Positions 25,475-37,529 of a DNA stretch of 64,000 nucleotides are shown one piece after another. The notes beneath the pieces are model-generated. The model had not been told where the DNA came from. It made no database searches and saw only the letters and a program-made list of their open reading frames with translations. The translations under genes were made by a program, and so were the position numbers. This DNA comes from Octopus vulgaris (taxonomy: Eukaryota). Location of the stretch: the NCBI GenBank assembly GCA_951406725.2, contig OX597819.1:3534001-3598000 (forward strand), given 5' to 3'. Within the stretch, counting starts at the first letter, position 1; each line of letters starts with the position of its first letter.

Positions 25475-26600
25475 TCTCTCTCTATATAAAACTGAGAATG
25501 TGTGTGTGTGTGTGTCTGTCTGTCTGTGTGTTTCCCTAAAAATTGAGAACTACACAACCAATTTCATTCAAATTTTACACATGCCTTACTTAGGGTCCAT
25601 GTAGTTTCATGGGCAAAAACATGTTCAACTTCTTGCCTAGGGTGAGCCCATAGCAATATCATATCTTCTCAACTATTTCAGTGTTACGTGTTAAAAGTGA
25701 AACAAAAACATTTCTCTATTTTATGTCAGATACTTTCACTTTAACAATAAAAATTAGAGATAATAATAACAATTGAATTATATGTAGTAAGTAATAATTA
25801 AAATCAAACTAAATTAAATCGTAACATAACAATGAAAGTAAAAATAGCAATTGGTATAAAATTGCATCAATGACTTGAACTTCAATAAGTGGTTTCACAT
25901 GAATGGGAATAAATTAAAAATAAAATTAGTGTACAGAAATGGAATAGTCCAGATGGAGCTGTGCACATTCATTTTACCACAGCTTTTACATGAGATTATC
26001 TGCTAATTAGCTAGCATTAAGTATCTATATGAAGTTTGGATGTATGTAATGTCTGTTTTCTCGAACAGACGCTTCTACTGATTACTGCTGTTGGTTTATT
26101 TCTGATCCATAAATTACTATAGCTTCAACTGAGTACTGCTTTTTGATTCACCATAAGGTTTGTTGTTATTATTATTACTGTTTAACTATTGTTATCACGT
26201 TTGTTGGTTCCTCGTAAGGGAAGCGTTGTTGTGTTGCATTGTTAAACCTTGCAAAGTGGAAATATTTTATTTTTACCTTTATATCTGGGGGGTAGGACGT
26301 CCCGGATAAAAATTTAAAATGTCCCCCCAGAAGTAGAGGTAGGCTGGATTTGTAGCCACACTTCTATAGAAGAGGAAGGACATGATACAATTGATCGAAA
26401 TTGCAAGAGACGGCCTACAATTCCATTCTGTTATATATTTTGAGTATTGTTATCACTAGCGATATCAAGATATAACTTTGTCTTTTGTATTTTATGTGTA
26501 GATGTATATATATAGATGTACATGTAATATATACACATATATATACACATATATACATGCACTAGAACTATGACCCGGCAATGCCGGGTCATAATGCTAG
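25475..26600 (+). mobile_element. Non-autonomous Helitron (1.1 kb)
   Basis: A|TCtctctctatataaaac 5' end with GT/GTCT repeats, perfect hairpin tgacccggca-a-tgccgggtca, CTAG|T end. Confidence 0.9.
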
Positions 26601-26695
26601 TGTCCTATAAATCCTAATATATACATATACTACAAGCATACACACTCTCACGCGCAGATACAGATGAGGAGTGAGAGAGAGTGAGAGAGAAGGAA

Positions 26696-26745
<50 letters not shown>

Positions 26746-27321
26746 CAGTGGCATAACATTAATTGATGATATGTTTTTAATTCGAAGCCATTTGCTTATT
26801 GGCAAGACAAAATATAAAATTTATCTTCAGGAGTATGCAGCAATATAATACTCATTAAAGTAATTTTCGTCTAAATCACGAGTGAATTAATTTTACATAA
26901 AATACAAGAACAGAAAAGGGAATGAATATTCGTGAAATAGAACTTACCGAGTTTGCTTAAAACAAATAACTAAAATTGGATCAATTTACCTTGTATTATT
27001 AAAAACTAAATGCCTAGATGATTTTTTTTTGTTTATTTTTCTACCGTTGAATGCTGTCGGCCAACTATTCCTATATTCATTTATCAAGATGTACGATTTC
27101 GTTAAATAGTGTTGGTAAACAAGATTTTATTACGATCGAATGAATAAGGTTCTATTACAAAGAATTGGATTATATGCAAAGTTAATTGTTGAAAGGGATT
27201 ATAAAATTAGCAGTGTATGATATAAATGGCAAATGGCTCGAAATGAAGGTGTACTGTAAATATCTTTAAACGTAAGGGTTGACGTTGTTACGAAATTTTG
27301 TGAAGTTGAATTTATAAAAAG

Positions 27322-28076
27322 ATACTATTTAAAAGTGGTTGTATACAGTCAACTCAACGTGACAGTCCCGTAAAGGGAATTACACCACCGCTGTTTAGCC
27401 CTAGGAAACATCGACGTTTCCTGTCGGCTTTGACACATTTTCTGTGTCTTTATATTTGCAAAGGGGAGGCAATCATCCCCGCCAGCTGGGACTAGCACCT
27501 GAAGACATATGTTTCTGAGTGTATTGCTCGTCATCAGTCCAGGGTAGCCTGCCTCGCTCGCTGAGATGACTGCAACCTCTCTGCAAATATATCCTATTTT
27601 CAGTAAAATTTATTTACTGATCACCAAAATTAGAAATATTGAATTTCTAAATGTCTCAGAGAGACATGAGCGGTGGTGGAGCGATATAGTGGTTGTATAC
27701 TGTCAACTCAACGATGTTTCCTAGGGCTAAATGGCGTAGGTGTAATTCCCTGGCGGGACTGTCACGTTGAGTTGACAGTATACAACCACTTTTAAATAAT
27801 ATTTAAGCGAGCGGGACTTACACTCAGAAACATATGTCTTCAGGTGCTAGTCCCAGCTGGCGGGGGTGATTGCCTCCCCTTTGCAAATATAAGGACACAG
27901 AAAATGTGTCAAAGCCGACAGGAAACGTCGATGTTTCCTAGGGCTAAATGGCGGTGGTGTAATTCCCTTACGGGACTGTCACGTTATGTTGACAGTATAC
28001 AACCACTCTATCGCTCCACCACCGATCATGTCTCTCTGAGACATTTAGAAATTCAATATTTCTAATACTATTTAAA
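27322..28076. mobile_element. Rearranged Penelope-type LTR insertion with nested inverted repeats
   Basis: 27335-27523 is inverted at 27819-28007; 27629-27713 is inverted at ~27984-28066; 27322-27413 is inverted at 27712-27802. Direct repeat atactatttaaa at 27322 and 28065. Confidence 0.8.
27498..27543 (-). ncRNA. Minimal type I hammerhead ribozyme
   Basis: CCUGGA CUGAUGA C GAG-caauaca-CUC A GAAAC AUAU GUC UUCAGG: 6-bp helix I, palindromic helix III ACAUAUGU, mismatch at the base of helix II. Confidence 0.75.
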
Positions 28077-29495
28077 GGACGTATAGTTTATCACAATCCA
28101 CCGACATATAACAGATTTAAAAGCATAATATTGTAGAAAGTTGTTCAAGCATCTCTTATTGAGATTAAAAAGATCGTAAATCAAAAGCAACCTATTAGAA
28201 AGCCATAAAACAATAGATTACATAAAACCTGATAAAATAATTGCGCAATATTCACATAATTAGAAAAAAATTCCATTACGAATTAATATGAGGTTATTGT
28301 AAAGGACTAGCCTAGACATATACTATTACAGGAAAATGTATAATACCGTCTATGAAGACGCCTCTTGACATCACTTCAGTAAAATGATCTACAATAACAA
28401 ATGAATACATGACACATTATAGGATTTTTCAAGAAAGCATGAATAACTAATTTCGGTATATAAATGAAGAAATCTTTAAGCAGCTATAAAAATACACAAT
28501 AAAAGTAATTTAAAAAAATACGTAACTTAAAAATAGAAACTATAAATTGCGCAGTGTAAACAATATACAAAAAGCAGCAGAATACGAGGAAACTAGTACT
28601 GGTCTGTGTTGGCAAACAGTCATGCCCAAAGTTTCGTGTTTCAACAATATTATGTGCCTATAACTTTAAAATGTTTTTATGTATCAGTAATTCTATTTTA
28701 AAAGTTGCAGGCAACGACTGTTATTTGAGCTTGGTTGAAATTATCACACTAGGTGGCCACACACATCATAAATTGATTTACTTAGCATTTAGTAATCTAC
28801 TTTCGATTTTGTAGACGCATTGGCACCAAACATGTTATTTGAGCTTATCTTTCATAATGTGTTAATTCTCTGTGGCTTATCAAGTTGATAGTGGCTACAA
28901 CATCTAATCCTTTAAAACAAACTATCACTTAGATTGGCAGATCAGCGCCGAATAGTACTTACTACAGCTGTCATGGAGGTTCATATCTACATTTACTTCT
29001 TGTGATGACAACCTAGCTACAAACCTTAGGTTATCTTGTATCTGGTCATTGTAAACTTGAACAGAAATATTTCCATTTTTGTATGGTTAGTTGGCCAGCT
29101 TTCTATTCTACTGTACTAGTATAGTGAAAGTGCATATTCTTATTTGCAACTTTTCTTTTCTCACTTCGTCCAAACAAAATTGATTGCAGTGTCCATAGCC
29201 AAAACAATATCTGACGTCAGTGTCCATAAGATAGATAAACAATGTTAGTATTTTCCCAATATCTATAAATATTCGAACATTTTCTGTGTAAAAAAATGAA
29301 TCCCTCTATACGTAATTAGATCTTTCAATCTATCGGCAGTCACACTGTTGTGGTTGCTGCTATTATTTCTCCCTTGGATATTTTTCTTATTAGATAAAGA
29401 AAACAAAAACCCTGTGATAACTGTTAACAACTTTTAAAACGAAGAGCAATGATTTCAAGAAATGGAGAATTAATTTTCCTAAATAATTTAGAGGC

Positions 29496-29789
29496 TTATT
29501 GGAAATCTGATCTTTCATTACAGGCAAGGAAAAACCCAAAGACATGTTTTGGTCGAATCAAATCTCGCCAGGTTTTCATAGTCTGCTCAACACTGCTTTG
29601 ATCACATGTCAGTATCGGAAAAGAGCCGCAAAGTAAATTGATGTTACAACTATCAATGACTTGGACCCATCCATGTATGTCCTTGAAGTTAGGTGACACT
29701 TTAACTCTCTGGCAACTCGTAAACTTTCTTGTAAAGCAGCTAGCACAGTATATTTTGTCAGCTTTTCTGGATGTCAACTCAATGTTTGC
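29496..29789 (-). CDS. Terminal coding exon of a paralogous saposin-like protein (gene B); upstream exon not identified
   Basis: Acceptor ttgaatttcatag|GCA, phase 0. Open for 97 aa: ANIELTSRKADKIYCASCFTRKFTSCQRVKVSPNFKDIHGWVQVIDSCNINLLCGSFPILTCDQSSVEQTMKTWRDLIRPKHVFGFFLACNERSDFQ*. Cys spacing C-x2-C...C-x7-C...P-x3-(F)-x5-C resembles a saposin B fold. Confidence 0.6.
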   Translation of the reverse strand, partial: ANIELTSRKADKIYCASCFTRKFTSCQRVKVSPNFKDIHGWVQVIDSCNINLLCGSFPILTCDQSSVEQTMKTWRDLIRPKHVFGFFLACNERSDFQ

Positions 29790-30789
29790 CTATGAAATTC
29801 AAGCATATAACTTACACGGCAATTACTTTTTCCCAACTCAACTATCCTTCCAAAAACAAGTAAATTAATTTGCAAAGAAACTAGAAATCATAGTGATCCA
29901 TCAAAGTATATTGCAAAATATTGGCTCAATTCCTCTTTGAAGAACACAAATTATGGATGACTTATGATGGTCTTAAGATCTGGAGAATTATGTTATTGCT
30001 ATTTATTACAGAGCGAAAATCATTAGGAAAAAATGAGAAGAATTAAACTATTAAAAAATCTCAAAAAAATCTCTCTTACATGTATTACAATAAAGAGAAA
30101 AATGTATTTACTGAATGATGGTGGATCCTCCGTTGATTTTCATGACGAGTATTCACTTATTTCATCAACTGGAAAAATTCCTCGTTAAGTGAATGTGCAA
30201 GTGATTGAGTATACCACAGACATATACTATTAGCGCAATTCTCAGGCTGGAGCAGTTCGTGATACAATATGTTATCAGGCTGAACATTCGCATTACAAAT
30301 ATAATCTACACATTTTATATTTGTGAAATTTCGTTTGCGAGGCTTGGGTTAATAGACTTGCTGAAGATATTGCACCGTAAGATCAAACTCGAAATTCCTT
30401 AACCACCAGGTCATGCCTAAGTCTATTGATTGAATAATCGAAAGTGACCGGTCGGTAAACTTATACTTCGTGTTATATCTCTCAAATATTATGGGCTTTT
30501 TTTAAAACTATATTTTCATTGGAGAGCTGTTTATCACTGATGAACAGGCACTTTTAATAAAATATTGCAGTGAAGAGTATATACTTTATATAAATTGGCT
30601 TCTGTCTTGTATCGTCAGGTTTAAAGGTTTCACTTATAGAAGCCTCCTATAAGAAAAAAAAGTGGTTCGGAAAAAGATCACAACCAAGTTTGTTTCTGAG
30701 AGATGTAACTTCATAAACTATTTATCAGAATCTTTAGTGTTCTTAACAATTATAAAGATCGTTATTCATCAACTATTTAGCATGGTATT

Positions 30790-30958
30790 ATTTTATTCTG
30801 TTACTTGTTTCAGTCATATGACTGCAACCAAATCATCTCAAGTACTTATTCTTTGTAAGCCTAGTACTTATTTTATCGGTCTCTTTTGCCGAAACGCTAA
30901 GTTACGGGGACGTGAACACACCAACATCGGTTGTCAGGCGATGGTGAGTGGACAAACG

Positions 30959-31036
<78 letters not shown>

Positions 31037-31186
31037 CGACAGGCTTTTTCTAGTTTCCGTCTACCAAATCCACTCCCAAGGATTTGGTCGGTAGAAGACA
31101 CTTACCGTAAGTGCTCCGCAGTGGCACTAAATCCGGAACCATGTGGTTGGGAAACAAGTTTCTTACGTTACAACCACGCCTGCGCC
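30790..31186 (-). mobile_element. SINE family A (another minus-strand copy at 36045-36415)
   Basis: Tail acttgtttcagtcatatgactgc through head caaccacgcctgcgcc. Confidence 0.85.
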
Positions 31187-32778
31187 AGTATGTTGATGTA
31201 GTTTAAATAATAAATAAATAAATAAATAATCGTAACTTATATAATTCACTCTGACTAGACGCAATCAGCCGAGAAAGTCAATATGTTCCACTTTTTATTG
31301 GAACAACATTTCCCAGTGCCCTAAATCTAAACTTTCCAAATGCCATAGCTCGTCTACTCTTATAATCGAATACTCTTACAATAATAAATTCCTACGTATA
31401 AATTCCATCCCATAAATTGCTTCCAATGCATGACTGTCACGCTTGACTACATAAAATATCCACGGATGAGGAGTATCTCCTTCACATTTATATATTTGTT
31501 AATCCATTATTCTGTCTTTTACGGAGGAGGTTTGCAGAATCTTAATTGAGTTCAGTATATCATATCGAAACGGATATTTGAATATAAGCTATGAGATTTT
31601 AAATTTTTCAAAAAAGCCTTAACAATCTTCTCCTTGAGTTGTTGTTCTCGTATTTAGATTGAGATATTCATTATTATTGGTGTAAGGATGACTACAAAAG
31701 CATTATGTAAAAATTTTGTATAAAAGATTAACCTTTAATGAAAACATTTAACTCTTTGCTGTTACTCTTTTTGTTTTTTCTCTTTTCCTAATTATAGCAG
31801 TTTTCTAAAGATGTCGACAATCCAGCAATCTAACGCCTTACTACGCTATACATACATTTTTCAATCTGGGAGCTATTGCCTTGCGAAATGTTTCTATCTT
31901 CCCTCCAAATCTTCAATTATTTTAAGTGCATTAATACCATTTACCCTTAAGATCCGACATTGTCTTTGCACTTCGATCCAGAAATAAAATGAAGGTTATG
32001 AGGATAATAGAAAATAGATATTTTAATTTAGAATGCAGAAATAAACGATTTCTTACATGCAATGAAGATTCAGTACCGAATTCTTTACGATTCATTACCA
32101 CTCACTTCCTTGAATAAAAATGATATGATATTCATTGCTTAAACATGGCATCTCGGATATTTGAAATGTCATAATTCCAGTTAAATAAGGCTACATTTTG
32201 GCAAGTAGCTTTATTCTACATTGGCATATATCTATTTTTGAAATAGAATATTGTATGCAAGAAACAAGATCAGTATGTCAATATATATAGCCTACGTTTA
32301 TTAATGACGAACAGAAGTGTTGATATTTCAATTTGATAACTATAAATTAGATAAACCTCATGATATTTAGATAAAAATATATATTCATAAATTATTGGAT
32401 TTCAAGTCAATAAGCTTATCTTCAGGAAAGATATATAGTAAGATTATTATTTAAATATTTACATTCTTAAAAGAAATAAAAGTTTCCAAGGAAAGAAGAA
32501 ACACGAGAGAATTAATTTTCAGCAAGCAATAAGCATACGATTTAATCTTATTCACTGGAACTCCAAATAATTTTTCTTTGGTGTTAATGTAGAATATTTC
32601 AGAATGGTAAAGGTCAAGACGCTTATTTCTGGAAATTAATGTATGCTGTGGCTTTTATATTGAAATACAAGAAAATATATAACACACAAGTAAAGAGGAA
32701 GTGTTTTCGAAAAGAACTACAGAGTCTATAATAAATTGAGATGATTGCGATGAGAGTATTTAGAAGAATACTTTAAAT

Positions 32779-32946
32779 CAGGCATAGAAAAGCATTTTTT
32801 TTTCAGAGAAGTGGGCTGCATGAGGCACTGCTCATCATCAAGCGGGCCGTGGTGCTTAGAAATTCATGGTAATTTTTCGTTAGGTATGCCACTCAGAAAG
32901 CCTCGTGGTGCAGTCGTCCCGCGGGCCGCAGTTTTTCCCATGACTG
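32779..32946. mobile_element. Possible hAT-type MITE remnant
   Basis: Ends CAGGCATAGAAAA and ...gcgggccgcagtttttcccatgactg. 8-bp flanks ctttaaat / atttagat are an imperfect match. Confidence 0.4.
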
Positions 32947-33506
32947 ATTTAGATTATATTTTTAGATTAAATTCAGTAATAAAAATGCGTGTGTCTATTA
33001 GCAAATAAGTGTATGTATAGTTACGCGCAATTGTTTAAGTATATGTTGTAAATCTTAATGCTACATAATATTACACTTGAATATGTAAGTATATTAATGT
33101 ATGTGCTCTTTTAGTGAGGAGAGAAGGAACTAACCATGACGTTAAGCAGGGCCTCTGAGACTAGTTGCTGGGAGTGACAAAGGTCTTATCAGGCTGGAGT
33201 CCTGGAACGGATGTTTAAAACGAAGGGGACACTAAAGGATAAACCGGGTAACAGTTTTAGGCTACCATTCAAGTAAGCCATGGCAGGATTTCAACTCCCA
33301 ACGCAAAGAGCCAGCACAAATACAACAAGGCATCTAGTCCAAAGTTATTACAGTTCAGTAAATCCATCACTTTTGATTTGTACTTTTTATCGACACAAAA
33401 AGGACGAAATGCAAAGCTGATCTCGGCGGGATTGAAATTCAGAATGCAAAACGTCGGAACAAATAGTGAGAGGTGTTCTATCTCTCGAGACAACTCTACG
33501 AATACT

Positions 33507-33683
33507 ATGTATGTATGTATGTATGTATGTATGTATGTATGTATGTATGTATGTATGTATGTATGTATGTATGTATGTATGTATGTATGTATGTATGTAT
33601 GTATGTATGTATGTATGTATGTATGTATGTATGTATGTATGTATGTATGTATGTATGTATGTATGTATGTATGTATGTATGTA
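33507..33683. repeat. (TATG)n microsatellite, continuing at 34798-34876 and 35214-35526
   Basis: Direct reading. Confidence 0.97.
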
Positions 33684-33689
33684 TCTATC

Positions 33690-34797
33690 TCTCTCTCTTC
33701 AATTTTTTAATTATTACAAATCTTCCACTGAGGAGGGAGTCAGTTTCCAACAAAGATACAAGGCTCCATCCTTGGGATGTAGTTAACACAGACAAATTCA
33801 CATTTGAAACTTGACAAAAGTCCTGCATACTTTTACTGTTCCACTCACAGACTGCATTTGTAATGTACGAATTAACCAGTCGATTTTTCTTTCTGAAAAT
33901 CCCAGTTTATCCAAATTCTTTTAAGCATTTACTAACACAACCTAGTGCTCCAATTATTATTGGTATGAATATGAATTCATAGTCTGGATATAGAGGCAGT
34001 TGTCTATAGATATCCTCTTTTTCTTTGATTTTCAGAGAGCCATCTATATCTGCAGGGTAGCTGACCTCTATGATGGTACATACTCTTGTCCTTCTGTCCC
34101 AAACAACAATATCCGGCCTATTATGTTTACATATGACAGAAGTTTTGATGGGAATATTCCACCAGTATTCCTTGAGTTGGTGTTTATGAATGTATTCTAT
34201 AACAGAGGTATTTTCTAAGTTTCTTTCAGGAGAGTCTTTTTTGCGGATGGCATTGTGAATTGTTTTAGCAACAACATCATGTCGCATAGGGAAGTAGTAC
34301 CATGACGACATTTTTAGGGCAGCTGCTAATCACATGCTTGATGTCTTCCGCAGAAACATGACATAGCCTACACATACGGTTGCACCTTGGGATTACAAGA
34401 GCGTCATTTGTCTCTCTTGTTCACCAGGTACTTTGTGACAATCTCCTTTTCCTGGATTTTAAACGCGTAGCCCTCAAAGTATGATGTGATGTAGTGGTCT
34501 TGTGCCCAAGAGAGGCTGCGTTTCGTGTCAATTTTACTATCTTCTTCAAGCTTCCGGGCAACATACCCATGCAAGTCTTTCTTTTGCACGCCGAGTGCTT
34601 TCCATCCAGGTCTTCTCTGAGGTAAGGGAGCCCAGTTGTTTTGGGGCTGTATTGATCATCAGGAAGAGAGTGCATGTTGAGGAGCTCACTACAAATTCGT
34701 ACAATGTTGCTCATTTCACTTTTCAGCACTGCCTTTCTAACTCAGCCCCAATGCTCTCTTACTGGAATTTCAACATCCACAACAGGGTATTCTTTTA
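33690..34797 (-). mobile_element. 5'-truncated R4/Dong-like non-LTR retrotransposon with restriction-like endonuclease
   Basis: CRLCHVSAEDIKHVISSC (CCHC), MRHD, HNRPDIVVWD, IIEVSYP, KEKEDIY, PIIIGALG. ORF ends GTVKVCRTFVKFQM*. Several frameshifts. Confidence 0.92.
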
Positions 34798-34877
34798 GTA
34801 TGTATGTATGTATGTATGTATGTATGTATGTATGTATGTATGTATGTATGTATGTATGTATGTATGTATGTATGTAT

Positions 34878-35213
34878 ACGTGGGGACAAAGAAATAATGG
34901 GACTGAATACCCGATCGCGCGGTTAAACCATTGGGAGTGAAGGACTCCTAGCCTTTGTTAGGGCATCCTTCTAGGAGAAGGTAACTCAGGTAACTGGGAT
35001 AACTCCGACATAAAACCTGCGGCTCAGTGGTTACCGATGATGTTGACTTGTTCTTCTTTTCGGAGTATGGCTGCTGTTGCTTAGTGAGTGAGATTGACTC
35101 AATGCACAGCTTTTCCTCACTTTAAAAAAATCTTCTTGCACAGGCATTGCACGATAACAACATTGATTAAGCTTCGTGCAATGGCCATACTCGATAACGA
35201 GGGGGCAGTCCCC
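34878..35213 (+). mobile_element. Short non-coding element with RTE-like 5' UTR motif, ending in (ATGT)n
   Basis: gggcatccttctaggagaaggtaactc...aaacctgc resembles the conserved RTE 5' UTR motif. No ORF. Confidence 0.5.
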
Positions 35214-35468
35214 ATGTATGTATGTATGTATGTATGTATGTATGTATACGTGCAGATTTGTATGTTTGCTTTGTGTATCTTCTCATGCATATACTTGCAT
35301 ATCTAGACATGCTCATACATACTTAAATGAGAAACTTCTTTATGTATGTATGTATGTACGTATGCATGTATGTATGCGTGTGTATGTATGTACGTGCGTA
35401 TGTATGTGTGTATGTAGGTATGTATGTCTACATATATGCATGTGTATGTATTTGTATATTTATATGTG

Positions 35469-35502
<34 letters not shown>

Positions 35503-35673
35503 TGTATGTATGTATGTATGTATGTATCTACTTTCGGGTTTTAGGGTTCATTTTGCTGCGTGGCACTTTGGTTAAGTGTTTTGCACTGTAGCTCCAGGCT
35601 AACCAATGGATTATGAATAAATTTGATAGACAGAATCTGTGTTGAAACCCATTATATCAACACGCACACACAT

Positions 35674-35717
<44 letters not shown>

Positions 35718-36825
35718 ACACGCACACACACACGCACACACATGTGTATATGCATGCGCGCGTGCCTTTGTGTTTGCTTGCTATCTCTTGCTTGAAGGAT
35801 GGAAACCAGTGTCGGTTTCTTTACGCTCCGTAACTTGTCGGTTTGACATAAGAGACCGAGAGAATAAAAAGCTGACTTAAAATGAAAAAGAAATACTGGG
35901 GTCGATGTATTCACTTATAACTCTTCAAGACAATACTCCAGCGTGGCCGCAATGGATTAAATTAAAGAATATAAAATATGTATTGTTGGCATAATGACCT
36001 TTCTGAAAAGACCCTGCCATGGATAAGTTATCTCTTCTAATATCATTTGTTTCAGTAATTAGACCGTGGCCATGCTGGAGCATCGGCTTGAAGAATCGGC
36101 CCCAGGATGTACTTTTTTAAAGCCTAGTTCTTATTCTGTCAGTGTATTTTGCCGAACTGCTAATTTAGGGGGTCATAAACACACCAACACCGGTTGTCAA
36201 GGGATAAAAACAGATACAAAGACACACATACACTCACACACATAAACATACACACATAGATATAGATATATATGACGGTCTACTTTCAGTTTCCGTCTTC
36301 CAAATCTACTCACAACGCAGTGGTCGGGCCGAGGTTATAGTAGAAGATACTTGCCCAAGGACCTAAACCCTGAACCCTGAAAGTGACATGCAGTGGGACT
36401 GAACCCTGAACCATTTTACCTCATGCAAAATCGCAGAAAATATAATCCCAAGCGTTCGTAATGAGAGTATAGCCTATTCAGTATAATGTGTCATATTATC
36501 ACCCGGCAATATTTACAACACGCAGCCATTCTTTGCACGCAAACTGATAGGTAACCTGACATTACTAGACTAATCTCTTCATCAAGTGACCGACGGGGCC
36601 TCAAGTATTTTCACTTAGAAGCCATTTCAAAATTTGTTTCAAATTCTGTCCACCGCGACTCCGTACATTTCATGATGTGGATCTGTGCTGCATTCACGAA
36701 ACCTTAAGTAATGTGGGGCCGTATCAACCTGTTATTACACATTTATAACACCAAATAAAGAAGTTGAATGCTGATTTCTTTTAATTATACTTCCATTTAT
36801 GTATGTGTGTATGTGTGTATGTATG

Positions 36826-36863
<38 letters not shown>

Positions 36864-36865
<2 letters not shown>

Positions 36866-37247
36866 ATTCCTTATTAAGAAGTTATCCTTAATTGTTAAAT
36901 AATTTTATTCCGAAAAAACTTTTCCTATGCGAAATGCAATTCGAAGAAGCCTGCCATTTACCGGATGTATTATATGTAAACTTCCCATGTGCTTCGTTGG
37001 AGTGGAACAGATAGCTGTTCGGCTTTGACGGTACAGGGTCGTTTATTTATGATATGTTCAGAATCAGTCTTGCTGATGAGTACGGTCGCAACTGCGGTAA
37101 GTACGAAATCACAGGTGATACAAGACTAAATTCATTTTTTAAATGTCTTGCTTTGAAAAATTGCATTCGGTATGATTAGTAAAATTTTTTGGTAGAAATG
37201 ACTAATGTCCCTCTTAGCGTGTGGCATATATGTGTAATAATGCCCTC
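36864..37247 (+). mobile_element. ~385-bp non-coding hammerhead-bearing element (retrozyme-like or solo pLTR) in (TA)n
   Basis: Bounded by (TA)n on both sides, central hammerhead, second partial copy at 8574-8711, partial self-complementarity between 36910-36950 and 37150-37192. Confidence 0.75.
37061..37133 (+). ncRNA. Complete type I hammerhead ribozyme
   Basis: GAAUC AGUCUUG CUGAUGA GUAC-ggucgcaacugcgguaa-GUAC GAAA UCAC-ag-GUGA UA^ CAAGACU AAAUUC. All core nucleotides are intact; predicted cleavage after A37120. Confidence 0.9.
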
Positions 37248-37279
<32 letters not shown>

Positions 37280-37315
37280 CATGCACACACACGTATATTT
37301 AAAAAAATATATATA

Positions 37316-37529
37316 CGAGGGGTTACTGAAAACCTGATTTTAAGAGTGTCACGGAAGGCCTGTTTGGGGGCCCACTCTTCCGAGTTCTTTTACAGGATTT
37401 TGAAAGACTGAAAGACTGCTGCAATGAATGTATGAATTTGAGAGGGGAATATGCTGGATAAATCCATTATTAACTGGTCCTCCTGTATTTTGTTTTACCC
37501 AAAACCAAGAACTTTTCAGCACCACTTCG
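37316..37529 (+). mobile_element. Mariner-derived MITE
   Basis: TA|cgaggggttactgaaaa...ttttcagcaccacttcg|TA. Retains the transposase end CNECMNLRGEYAG*. Confidence 0.8.

Noticed and set aside
32057-32110. Minus-strand mini-exon MNRKEFGTESSLH|gtaaga as the first exon of gene B
   Set aside because: Phase fits, but there is no signal peptide and no similarity to gene A exon 1; such sites arise by chance.
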